Shown here in pieces: positions 17,374 through 26,665 of a stretch of 64,000 nt of DNA (positions are counted from its first letter, which is position 1; every line of letters begins with the position of its first letter). The position numbers and the translations under genes are program-made. The DNA comes from Candidatus Wolfebacteria bacterium RIFOXYB1_FULL_54_12 (lineage in GTDB: Bacteria; Patescibacteriota; Minisyncoccia; UBA6257; UBA9933). The stretch is from contig MGIT01000001.1 in the NCBI GenBank assembly GCA_001793895.1, forward strand, positions 106,508-170,507, read 5' to 3'. A model generated the notes under the pieces. It was not told the DNA's origin. It did no database searches and worked only from the letters and a program-made list of their open reading frames with translations.

Positions 17374-19170
17374 CTATTTAGTTGCACTGATTTTAACCCC
17401 TAATTCCGCATACGGCGCCCGCACGGTTATCTTTCCAGTCTTTGGGTCGCGAAGCACGGAATAGCCACTCATTGTTGCCGTTCCCCTGCTCGGGTCCCGC
17501 GGCAATGCGCGCAGATACCACGGCGCAAGGCAAGACTCGATGGCATATCCGCTCGTACCCAGAACCTTTGCAGTCGTCGGCAACGGTCCGGCAGAACAAG
17601 TAAATGCGCCGTCGTTATCGGCTTCGTTTTTCTTGATGGCGTTGGTGATCGCTTCGACATCAAAACTCCTGCGGGCGTTGCGCTCCAGCGCGGTCTTCGG
17701 CGCGGGGATGCGCGCATCGCCGCCAAGCATCTGCGTGAACAACGATTGCAAAGCGCTATCGATCGATCGCGCATCTTCCGGAGGGAAAATGTCCACAGGC
17801 TTATCGAAGCTGTTACCGGTAAGCGTTACCAGAACGCTCGCACTGCGCGCGCTGTCTTGCGGATCAATCGCAATGTGCATCTGCACTTTGCGTGGCGCCC
17901 CGCCAAGTTTCCCGATCCACACGTGCAAATCATCAATGGCGACGTTGGATAGCATGTCTCGCGCTTCCGGTGAACCATTTTTTTCAAGCCAACGAATAAA
18001 AGCTTCCTTATCGAACGCAAGCACATAGTGCCGCGATGAAACACCGTCAATGACCTCGTCTGCCAATGTACTTTGCACGGTCAAAAATCGATGTTCTTTC
18101 CATGCGGCAATACTCGTACTGCGCTCCTGCTTTGAAAGCCACGGCACAAGCCCACTCGCAGGATCCGTAGGTGATCCAAACTGTTCATGCGCATCTTTGT
18201 CCGACACCATGAACCACTGTTGCTGCAATGCGCTCAAGTTGAGAAACCCAAGGCTGGGCATGGCCGTTATATTTACATAACTGACCCGGTCGATATTGTT
18301 ATAAATAAATCCAAGCGTCGCTTCGCCCACGGCCCACTTGTCCATGGTCGATACGGCGGTAAAGGCCAACCGAGGATCGCCTTCTTGCGTTCCGTCAAAA
18401 GAACCGACGATATTTGATGTAAGCGTCGCCGGCCCATCAGCGGCAAACATGCTCACGAACGGCCCTGCGGCTCCCGTCGTTGCGACCAAGCCGGTCTTTG
18501 CATTTGCCATTTCCACCACGATCTCGCTCGCGAACGTAAACGATTCCACGCTATGCAATCGCGACATAGCCCGATCGATATCCCGCTCGGGCGATATGAA
18601 ATAGGCGGCATAAGCAAACCAAATACCCAGCGCCAATACCGCAATGCCAACGATCGCAATGGCGGTAAATGTAATGATTTTTTTCTTGTTGCGAATTTCG
18701 GAAACAGGTTTTTCTGCAACAGCGGAAGCGGTTGCTTTAAAAACAGAGGCTAACGGAGGTTGCTGTATTCCATTGGCAACGGCAAACGGAACGGTAGGCT
18801 GCAAAGGTGGCACAGGGCGGACCACGCCATGCGCTTCCGTGCGTGCAGGCGCAGGCTCAGGCGACGGCACCGTCGGCTTTGTAATAGGAGCAACCGGGAC
18901 TGCTTCTTGTACCACAGGAACAATCGGTCCGGGAGCTGGCGCTGGTTTAGGTGCCGGAGTCGGCTCGGCAACGATCTCAGGGGTTGGGATGGGATCAGCA
19001 ACCACTTCCTTACGCGCCATGCCCGTAACTCCGGGCGATACCAGTTCAAATATCTCGCGTATTTCTGCTTCATCGGTTCCCCTCCTACGCAAAAACTCGC
19101 GGACTTCCGCTTCACTCACCCCTCCACCCAATTGGTTTTTCACCACTTCAATAAGCGCCTGTTGTATCAT
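17374..19170 (-). CDS. Large membrane-anchored hypothetical protein with a Pro-rich linker and a pilin-like C-terminal module
   Basis: It has the shared N-terminal module, a PTPEIVAEPTPAPKPAPAPGP linker and one TM helix. The C-terminus NARRSFDVEAITNAIKK..DNDGAF..LPRDPS resembles the globular head of type IV (pseudo)pilins. Confidence 0.65.
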   Translation of the reverse strand: MIQQALIEVVKNQLGGGVSEAEVREFLRRRGTDEAEIREIFELVSPGVTGMARKEVVADPIPTPEIVAEPTPAPKPAPAPGPIVPVVQEAVPVAPITKPTVPSPEPAPARTEAHGVVRPVPPLQPTVPFAVANGIQQPPLASVFKATASAVAEKPVSEIRNKKKIITFTAIAIVGIAVLALGIWFAYAAYFISPERDIDRAMSRLHSVESFTFASEIVVEMANAKTGLVATTGAAGPFVSMFAADGPATLTSNIVGSFDGTQEGDPRLAFTAVSTMDKWAVGEATLGFIYNNIDRVSYVNITAMPSLGFLNLSALQQQWFMVSDKDAHEQFGSPTDPASGLVPWLSKQERSTSIAAWKEHRFLTVQSTLADEVIDGVSSRHYVLAFDKEAFIRWLEKNGSPEARDMLSNVAIDDLHVWIGKLGGAPRKVQMHIAIDPQDSARSASVLVTLTGNSFDKPVDIFPPEDARSIDSALQSLFTQMLGGDARIPAPKTALERNARRSFDVEAITNAIKKNEADNDGAFTCSAGPLPTTAKVLGTSGYAIESCLAPWYLRALPRDPSRGTATMSGYSVLRDPKTGKITVRAPYAELGVKISATK

Positions 19171-19219
19171 GCCTGCTCAAAAAATAACTATACACTAAGT
19201 ATATCCGACAACGCCCAAC

Positions 19220-19264
19220 AAAACAAAAACCATGCATTAAAATGCATGGTTTTTGTTTTTGTGG
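19220..19264. repeat. 45-bp direct repeat, left copy (hairpin plus cca-proximal flank)
   Basis: The sequence aaaacaaaaaccatgcattaaaatgcatggtttttgtttttgtgg matches 21890-21934 at 41/45 positions, and the last 24 are identical. Confidence 0.85.
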
Positions 19265-19408
19265 TGTTTGTTTGAAAAAGTCAGAACCCATTTTGAGAAA
19301 GATCCCTAACCGCTCCGCTCGGGGTGCGGCGGAAAAAGAAAAAAAAAATTAGGGAGGCGGGAAGAATCCCGCGCCGTCCGAGTTAAAAAATTGGCACTGG
19401 GCGAATTT

Positions 19409-21829
19409 CTAATAAGTCGAATAGGCGTAGTCAAACACGGCATGAGCTACTGTCTCTAAACTTTTAGCACTACATTTATCGAGCGTATCGCCAGTCGTAT
19501 GATATGGCGGGTATTCAAAATCAATCAACAGGAAACTCGGAATTCCAGCTCGATTGAGCGGGGTGTGATCATCTTGGACACTTTGCCCAACCTTATCTTG
19601 AAAAACGTGGCTGTCCACTTTTTGCGCAATACTCCAAAATGCGTCCGCTTGAGACTGGGCATTTTGCACGGATGATTGCTCCTTGTAAATTCTCAAGTCT
19701 TTATCGCACACCATATCAAGAACAAGTGCGGATACCGGTATATTATTCCCATAAAGTTCGCTCAAATGTTCGGAAAAATAAGTAGAACCGAGAGGTCTCC
19801 AATTGCTATAATCACTGCCTTGATTTATATCTCCCTCTTCTCCATCAAAGAAAACGATGTCCACGCCAACACTCGGTATCACATGAGAATTGCCGAGTAT
19901 CCGCGCTAATTCCACAAGGACGGCAACACCCGAAGCAGAGTCGTTGCCCCCTGGCACTGGTTGATCTTTGTATACGTGATCCTTATCCGCAAGTTTTTTA
20001 CTGTCATAATGTGTCGCTAAAATAATGCGCCGTTCTTGGGTTGGGTATAGACGGCCTATGATATTCGATAATTTATGGATTTTACCGTCTGTCCCTTTGT
20101 AATCCCACGATTGTGTAATTACTTCGTTGGTTTGTTCTTTCATCTCCGCAATTAGAAATTTCTGCACGTTTTCATGCCCGGGTGCGCTCATGTGGCGCGG
20201 CCCATACCTTAGTTGTTGGTTTATCACGGCAAGCATTTCGTTGCCATCAATAAACGGTTTTTCCTTAAAAGTACGCCGGAGAACTTCGGACGTTAAGTAC
20301 TCAACCGGAGAAAAATTGTCGGTGAGAATTGGGTATGGAGACAAATTAAATCTGTCCAAGTTGATAACTTTATTTCGAAGCGAGCTAATGATTGAGTTCT
20401 CATTTTGCAGAATTGAAGCCGCGCTCAAATCAATTTTTTTATTACCATTCCATCCAACCAAAATAATATTTTGGGAATCTGTTTTTCCGGGAGTTTCAAC
20501 CGCAAAAAAATAACTATTTGGAAAAACACTTTGAAAAGTTTTTATCTCCGCAAAAATAAGAGATGGCTCTTGTCTTGATAAATCTCCGATTAAATTAGCG
20601 ATAAACAATCCATCGTCAGATAATTTCTCTTTTGCGATGGTAAAAAATTCCTGCGTTGTAAAGTGAGCAGGAATGGAAAAAAGAGAATGGTACGCATCGC
20701 TAAATATAAAATCATATTTTTTATTCGAATCCCAAAGCAGGCGACGACCATCTTCAGTATAATTGTATAGATTTGAATTGTCTTCTACGGCAAAATATTC
20801 TTTTGCTAATGCCAATAACGATGGTTCAATTTCTGAAACATCGAGTGTCGCGTTTGGCAACTCCGCTAAAAGGGCCTTCGGTATAGAATATGCGCCACCG
20901 CCTATAACTAAAGCATTTCGTACGTCCGGCTTGAAAACTTTGTAGAGAGAATAGTATTTCGTGTATTCATAAACGAGATCGGCCGGGTTATCCGAATCGA
21001 GAAACATCGCACCGGAACCACTCCGATCCTGTTGAAAAAATCTTGTCGGCCTGCTTTCAAACATACCATCGTAGATGGTGATTTTTTCGTAAATACCATC
21101 TTTGCTGTACAATACATCGCCTTTTGTTTGCTGAACCGCAACAATGGTAATAAGGGCTAAAGTGACAACGGCAACCAAAGACTGGGTTAGGCGTTTTTTG
21201 TCAAAACCAAATACCGTAAGTGGGATAAATCCGAGAAGGAAGAGAACAACTCCTGTGGCAATAAAAATATGGTCTATGCCAAAATTAGGTATAAGCACAA
21301 AACCCGCAAGTAGACTGCCAATGATACTCCCCAGAGTAGACCAAAAAAATATTTTACCCGAAACACTTCCCACTCCCTGCTCTGGTGCTTGAAGACTCTG
21401 TAATTTTATAGCATAGGGCGACAAAGTGCCGAGCAATAACGCAGGAACAAGGAACAGCAGCAAAGAAGAGATCAGTGGTCCGCTTGTAAGTGAAAGATTT
21501 TTGCTTAAAATTGGAAGAATTATCAAACCAAAAAAATGAAATACAAGGACAAGAAGACCGCTTACGAGAATTATCCCGAAGAACCACCGTAACGATGGGT
21601 GACGATCTGCAAATTTTCCGCCCACATAATATCCTATGCTAAGAGCTGCGAGTATAACACTTATTATACTTGATACAGTAAAAATTGTGTTTCCATAGTG
21701 AGGCGAAAGGACACGGACGGCAACGACTTCAATAATCAAAACACACGCCCCAGTGATAAATACTGAGATTGGCAGCAAATTTTGCTTTAAAAATTTGTTC
21801 ATGTATTTAATCATGGTAGCAGTTTGCAT
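19409..21829 (-). CDS. Fusion protein: polytopic membrane spermidine-synthase-like domain plus M28 peptidase/glutaminyl-cyclase-like domain
   Basis: The N-terminus has about 7 TM helices. The SAM-fold motif is ALVIGGGAYSIP. The C-terminal M28 motifs are ATHYDS, GGNDSASGVAVLVELARIL, FFDGEEG and DDHTPL. Confidence 0.8.
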   Translation of the reverse strand: MQTATMIKYMNKFLKQNLLPISVFITGACVLIIEVVAVRVLSPHYGNTIFTVSSIISVILAALSIGYYVGGKFADRHPSLRWFFGIILVSGLLVLVFHFFGLIILPILSKNLSLTSGPLISSLLLFLVPALLLGTLSPYAIKLQSLQAPEQGVGSVSGKIFFWSTLGSIIGSLLAGFVLIPNFGIDHIFIATGVVLFLLGFIPLTVFGFDKKRLTQSLVAVVTLALITIVAVQQTKGDVLYSKDGIYEKITIYDGMFESRPTRFFQQDRSGSGAMFLDSDNPADLVYEYTKYYSLYKVFKPDVRNALVIGGGAYSIPKALLAELPNATLDVSEIEPSLLALAKEYFAVEDNSNLYNYTEDGRRLLWDSNKKYDFIFSDAYHSLFSIPAHFTTQEFFTIAKEKLSDDGLFIANLIGDLSRQEPSLIFAEIKTFQSVFPNSYFFAVETPGKTDSQNIILVGWNGNKKIDLSAASILQNENSIISSLRNKVINLDRFNLSPYPILTDNFSPVEYLTSEVLRRTFKEKPFIDGNEMLAVINQQLRYGPRHMSAPGHENVQKFLIAEMKEQTNEVITQSWDYKGTDGKIHKLSNIIGRLYPTQERRIILATHYDSKKLADKDHVYKDQPVPGGNDSASGVAVLVELARILGNSHVIPSVGVDIVFFDGEEGDINQGSDYSNWRPLGSTYFSEHLSELYGNNIPVSALVLDMVCDKDLRIYKEQSSVQNAQSQADAFWSIAQKVDSHVFQDKVGQSVQDDHTPLNRAGIPSFLLIDFEYPPYHTTGDTLDKCSAKSLETVAHAVFDYAYSTY

Positions 21830-21889
21830 ATGATTAGTCTATCCGCCATTGTATTTTTTAAGCGAGGACTATTTTCAAAATATTTCACA

Positions 21890-21934
21890 AAAACAAAGAC
21901 CACGCATTTTAATGCATGGTTTTTGTTTTTGTGG
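21890..21934. repeat. 45-bp direct repeat, right copy; also the terminator hairpin after tRNA-Ala
   Basis: The sequence aaaacaaagaccacgcattttaatgcatggtttttgtttttgtgg overlaps the last 3 nt of tRNA-Ala. Confidence 0.85.
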
Positions 21935-22002
21935 ACCTAGGCGGAATCGGACCGCCGTCTCAGCAATGCGAATGCCGTGTTCTACCACTAGACTATAGGC
22001 CC
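21932..22002 (-). tRNA. tRNA-Ala (CGC)
   Basis: Reverse complement: GGGCCTATAGTCTAGTGGTAGAACACGGCATTCGCATTGCTGAGACGGCGGTCCGATTCCGCCTAGGTCCA. The G3:U70 identity pair is present, and the anticodon loop is TTCGCAT. Confidence 0.88.
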
Positions 22003-22052
22003 TTTTATTAGCCTTTTTATTATAGGGATATTGGGGTAAAAATCAACCGGAT

Positions 22053-22173
22053 TGTCATATACCGGCGTCCGCCCGCAACGATGTAGCAACTTCTGGCGGG
22101 GAGGCCGGAATCCGGTAGTATATTTCCACAAAGACACTTAGTACTCTGGATCCCGATTTTCATCGGGATGACA
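22053..22173. repeat. Degenerate GTCAT-hairpin cluster
   Basis: tgtcataccggcgtccgcccgc...ggcggggaggccggaatcc...ctggatcccgattttcatcgggatgaca. Confidence 0.8.
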
Positions 22174-22188
22174 ATACAAAAACTTGGT

Positions 22189-23457
22189 TTATTCGGGAAT
22201 TTCAACAAAATGGTAATTCTTCTTACCGCGCTTCACGATGATATATGTATTAAACAGGATATCGTCGTTACTCAATAGGGCGTCAACATCGGATATTTTC
22301 TTTCCGCTTATTTCAATCGCTCCGGATTCGATATCTTCCCGTGCCTGTCGCTTCGACAGCGGCGTCTTCCATGCAAGCGACGCGAGAAAATCGACGACGG
22401 TCATATCTTTGATGCTTGCGGCATCAATCTTTTGTACGGCAACATTCCCGACGAACAATGCTTCGCATTTCTTTTTGTCCGTCACAATCTCCGAAATATC
22501 TCCGCCAAACAGCGCCTCGGAAATATTCTGTGCCTGCTTCAGCGCTTCTTTCCCATGCACGAATTCCGTCACCGCTTCCGCAAGCGCCTTGTGTGCTTCG
22601 CGCTTCTCGGGTGCGGCCTGCAACGATCGTTCCAGTTCTGCAATTTCTTCAAGCGTCAAAAATGTATAGTATTTCAAAAATTTCACCACATCGGCGTCGT
22701 CAACATTCAACCAAAATTGGTAAAAATGATAGGGCGAGGTCAATGTCGCGTCGAGCCAAACAGCTCCCCCTTCGCTCTTGCCCATCTTCTTTCCGTCTGC
22801 CTTTGTGACGAGCGGCATGGTCAAGCCATACACTTCTTTGTGCAACGCCTTGCGAACCAACTCGATGCCCGCGGTAATATTTCCCCACTGGTCGGAACCG
22901 CCGATCTGCAATGCCACTTCGCGCGATTCATGCAGTTTCAAAAAATCATACGCCTGCAACAACATGTAGCTGAACTCGGTGAACGAGATGCCCGTTTCCA
23001 ATCGGCTCTTTACCGATTCCTTGGCAAGCATTTCATTGACGGTAAAATATTTTCCCGCATCGCGCAAAAAATCAACAAGCGGCATTTGCCCGAGCCAATC
23101 GTAATTGTTCACATATTGCGCATGTTTGAAATTAAATTGTCCGATTTGCTTTTCCAACCCGGCAGTCATCGATTCCACAACATCGCTTGTGTTAAGCGTA
23201 CGCTCCTGTGCCTTTCCGCTCGGGTCGCCGATCAGGCCCGTGGCCCCGCCCACCAGCATCACCGGCACCATGCCGGCATCCTCAAGCCGCTTGGCAAATA
23301 CGATACCCAAAAGACTGCCCACATGCAGGCTCGCCGCCGTCGGGTCGAAACCCATGTAAAACAGCCCGCCTTTGCGGTCTACGAGCGCCCGGAGCGCTTC
23401 TTCGTTGGATACCTGATAGATCAGTCCTCGTTCCTTTAATTCATCCAAAATATGCAT
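22189..23457 (-). CDS. tyrS: Tyrosine--tRNA ligase
   Basis: Motifs seen: GFDPTAASLHVGSL (HIGH-type), KMGKSEG (KMSKS-type) and a C-terminal S4-like domain. Confidence 0.93.
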   Translation of the reverse strand: MHILDELKERGLIYQVSNEEALRALVDRKGGLFYMGFDPTAASLHVGSLLGIVFAKRLEDAGMVPVMLVGGATGLIGDPSGKAQERTLNTSDVVESMTAGLEKQIGQFNFKHAQYVNNYDWLGQMPLVDFLRDAGKYFTVNEMLAKESVKSRLETGISFTEFSYMLLQAYDFLKLHESREVALQIGGSDQWGNITAGIELVRKALHKEVYGLTMPLVTKADGKKMGKSEGGAVWLDATLTSPYHFYQFWLNVDDADVVKFLKYYTFLTLEEIAELERSLQAAPEKREAHKALAEAVTEFVHGKEALKQAQNISEALFGGDISEIVTDKKKCEALFVGNVAVQKIDAASIKDMTVVDFLASLAWKTPLSKRQAREDIESGAIEISGKKISDVDALLSNDDILFNTYIIVKRGKKNYHFVEIPE

Positions 23458-23498
23458 ATGTGTGTATTGTATCGCAAAAGGCCGGCCTTATGAAAGGG

Positions 23499-24440
23499 TT
23501 ACGGCACGATGCGGATTTCCTCCTCCAAAACGATCCCATACCGCCCAAGAGCCTTCTTTTTGGCGAGCTTGATCAAGCCGATAACATCGGCAAAGGTGGC
23601 CCGGTTTCGGTTGATGAAAAAATTGGGATGCTTTTCCGATATTTCGGCGCCGCCAATGCGCGACCCCTTCAGATCAAGCCGGTCAAGCACCGCGGCAACG
23701 GGAATCACAGGAAACGGATCCACCTTGACCACGCTGGCGAATTCTTTTCGCACCTGCGGGGTGACGGATGCGACGGGAATATTTTTGAATGTGCTTCCTG
23801 CGCTCGGATATTCGAGGGGCTGAAACCGTTCACGGTATGCGATGCATCGTTCCACTTCCGCACAAACCGCTTGCTTGTCTCCCGGCGTGGCACGCACCAC
23901 GACGCTCGCAATGATCTCGTTGCCGTTGCGCTTGAATACGCTATCGCGGTAACCAAACGCACATTCTGCGGCACTGCGAACACGGCGCTCTACCATTCCC
24001 GCTGCGCGATCATAAAAAATACTTTCCACCGAAACAACGCAGTCTTTCATTTCCCCGCCAAAGCACCCCGCATTCCCAAACACCGCACCGCCGACCGTAC
24101 CGGGCAACCCGCCTGCCCATGCAAGATCGTCGAGCCCCTGCGCCAAATGATAACGGACCGCATCCTGCATGGATGTCCCGGCGGAAATGCGCACGCCTCC
24201 CGCCTCTTTACGAATGTGCTTGTTTACATATTGCATGATCAATCCATCGTAACCCCGTTCGGAAAAAAGCATGTTCGTACCGGCTCCCAAAAAAAGAAAC
24301 GGGATACGACGCGCAAACGCCCATCGCACGGCACCGACGATATCGTGCGCGTTCTGCGGCTCGCAAAAATACCGGGCCTTTCCGCCGATCCGGTAATGCA
24401 TGCGCCGTGCAAGTGAAATGTTTCTTCGAATGGCTATCAT
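23499..24440 (-). CDS. murB: UDP-N-acetylenolpyruvoylglucosamine reductase MurB
   Basis: The FAD-binding motif is FLGAGTNMLF. The C-terminus has GGAEISEKHPNFFIN. Confidence 0.9.
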   Translation of the reverse strand: MIAIRRNISLARRMHYRIGGKARYFCEPQNAHDIVGAVRWAFARRIPFLFLGAGTNMLFSERGYDGLIMQYVNKHIRKEAGGVRISAGTSMQDAVRYHLAQGLDDLAWAGGLPGTVGGAVFGNAGCFGGEMKDCVVSVESIFYDRAAGMVERRVRSAAECAFGYRDSVFKRNGNEIIASVVVRATPGDKQAVCAEVERCIAYRERFQPLEYPSAGSTFKNIPVASVTPQVRKEFASVVKVDPFPVIPVAAVLDRLDLKGSRIGGAEISEKHPNFFINRNRATFADVIGLIKLAKKKALGRYGIVLEEEIRIVP

Positions 24441-26632
24441 GAGAGTTTCTTTCCGCTCCAGCGCAACAACAGCGCGTTAGCCGCAACGACCACCGTACTC
24501 AACGACATGAGCGCCGCAGAAAGGGCAGGCGAAAGCACGATCCCCTGCGAATGCAGTACGCCCGCGGCAAGTGGAATGGCAATCACATTATATCCGGTCG
24601 CCCAAAACAGGTTCTGCAACATCTTGCGATAGGTCAATCGGGACAGTTCAAATATCTTTGCCACATCGCGCGGATCGCTCTTGGCCAAAATGATCCCCGC
24701 GGATTCGATGGCCACGTTCGTACCGGCACCGATGGCGACCCCGACGTTCGCCTGCATCAATGCAGGCGCATCGTTGATGCCGTCACCGACCATGGCAACG
24801 CGATAGCCCTGTTCCTGATACTTTTTAACCTTCTCGACTTTTTCATGTGGCGATATGCGGAAAAAATATTCCTCAATGCCGAGATCTTGCGCGACCCACT
24901 CGGCAACCTCCTCGGAGTCACCCGTCATCATGATCGGCTTGATGCCGAGGCGCTTTAATGTTTCGATCGCTTCTTTTGATTCCGGGCGGATGACATCGGC
25001 AAGCGCAATGACACCGATCGGCGCGTCATCCACTACGACGTACACGATGGTCTGCCCTTTGCCCGCGAGCAATGCAACTTCTTGGCGCACTTCTTGTGGC
25101 ATTTGGTCGACGATCTTTGCCCCTACAAGCGCTTCTCCGCCCACTTCCACACGAAGCCCGCGCAATGTACCCCGCACACCCTTGCCGGGCAATCGCTCGA
25201 AGCCGGTCACCAGAAACAGTTCAATCTCGCGTTGCCGCGCTTCCGCCACGATCGCGCGGGAAACGGGATGTTCCGAAGCGGTATCAACCGAAGCGGCAAG
25301 CCGCAATATGTTTTCTTCGACACGAGATTCCACTACACCCTGCGCATCACCCTCAACAGTTTCTTTTTCAAACGGAATGATCTTGTGGACTCCATATGCA
25401 CCGGCGGTCAATGTGCCGGTCTTATCAAACAGCACCATGTCGATGGTTCGCGCGGCCTCAAGTGCAAGCCGATCTTTGACAAACAACCCGTTGCGCGAAG
25501 CAAGTGAAGTCGATATGGCGACCACCAACGGCACGGCAAGCCCAAGTGCGTGCGGACACGCCACCACCAACACTGCGACGACCCGACCCAATACGAACGA
25601 AGGGTCGGCGCCCAATGTACTCCAAACAATCGCAGTGGCCAACGCGGCAGTAATGGCGATTCCGGTCAAATAAGAAGCGGCCCTGTCGGCGAGAATCTGC
25701 ATATGCGATTTTGACATCTGCGCCTTGACGACCAAACGCATGACACCCGCCAAAAAAGTATTCCCTCCGATTTGGGTAATGCGTATGACCAACCGGCCAT
25801 CTGCATTGATGGTGCCTGCAACGACCCCGCCGTCTATCCGCTTCGCAATAGGAGCCGACTCGCCCGTGATCATGGCCTCGTTGACCTGCGATTCCCCTTC
25901 GACGACAATTCCATCTGCCGGTATTTTCCCGCCCGGCTTCACCACGACCATGTCGCCTAAGTTCAGTTCATCCAACGTCACGGTCTTGGTCTCTTTTCCT
26001 GCGACGACCTCGGCGGTATCGGGCAGCAGCGCGGCAAGCGTCTGCAACGCACGTTGCGCGGTATCGATGGAACGCATTTCTATATAATGTCCAAGCAACA
26101 TGATGGTGATCAATGTTGCAAGCTCCCAAAACAAACCATGCGGATCGCCGGTGGCAAACACATACACGCTATAGGCATACGCATTAATGATCGCAAGTGA
26201 AATGAGCGTCATCATTCCCGGAACCTTTGCGCGCAATTCACGCACGGCGCCGACAAGAAAGATCCACCCGGCATAAACAAACACAATGGACCCAAGCGCG
26301 GGCGCAAGATAACGCACGCCACGAAACACAGGCACAGAAAACCCAAATAACGTCTCAGGGAGTTCGGAATACAATACGATCGGAATGGTCAATGCAAGCG
26401 AAATCCAGAATTTTTTCAAAAATGAACCGGCGGTATGGCCGGCATGTGCATCATGCACCGGAGCCTGTTCGCCCGGCAGCGCGTGGTCAACAAACCCGCG
26501 AACGGTCAATACCATGCCGCACTTCGGACAATTGCCCGCGCGCTCGGAAGAAACATCGGGATGCATGGGGCAAGTATATTCGACTACCGGATCATTCAGG
26601 AGATCGTGGACCATATTACAGCAGTATACCAT
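24437..26632 (-). CDS. Heavy-metal (Cu-type) P1B ATPase with a CPH motif
   Basis: Motifs seen: the N-terminal CPMHPDV..CPKCGM metal-binding ribbon, TGES, the transmembrane CPH motif in VVACPHALGLA, DKTGTLT and GDGINDAPAL. Confidence 0.9.
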   Translation of the reverse strand: MVYCCNMVHDLLNDPVVEYTCPMHPDVSSERAGNCPKCGMVLTVRGFVDHALPGEQAPVHDAHAGHTAGSFLKKFWISLALTIPIVLYSELPETLFGFSVPVFRGVRYLAPALGSIVFVYAGWIFLVGAVRELRAKVPGMMTLISLAIINAYAYSVYVFATGDPHGLFWELATLITIMLLGHYIEMRSIDTAQRALQTLAALLPDTAEVVAGKETKTVTLDELNLGDMVVVKPGGKIPADGIVVEGESQVNEAMITGESAPIAKRIDGGVVAGTINADGRLVIRITQIGGNTFLAGVMRLVVKAQMSKSHMQILADRAASYLTGIAITAALATAIVWSTLGADPSFVLGRVVAVLVVACPHALGLAVPLVVAISTSLASRNGLFVKDRLALEAARTIDMVLFDKTGTLTAGAYGVHKIIPFEKETVEGDAQGVVESRVEENILRLAASVDTASEHPVSRAIVAEARQREIELFLVTGFERLPGKGVRGTLRGLRVEVGGEALVGAKIVDQMPQEVRQEVALLAGKGQTIVYVVVDDAPIGVIALADVIRPESKEAIETLKRLGIKPIMMTGDSEEVAEWVAQDLGIEEYFFRISPHEKVEKVKKYQEQGYRVAMVGDGINDAPALMQANVGVAIGAGTNVAIESAGIILAKSDPRDVAKIFELSRLTYRKMLQNLFWATGYNVIAIPLAAGVLHSQGIVLSPALSAALMSLSTVVVAANALLLRWSGKKLS

Positions 26633-26665
26633 ACCGAATAAGCCCTTAAAACCGTCCCTTGTGGC

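Noticed and set aside
22432-24416. Long plus-strand ORFs (335 aa and 402 aa)
   Set aside because: They lie antisense to tyrS and murB, whose translations carry clear family motifs.
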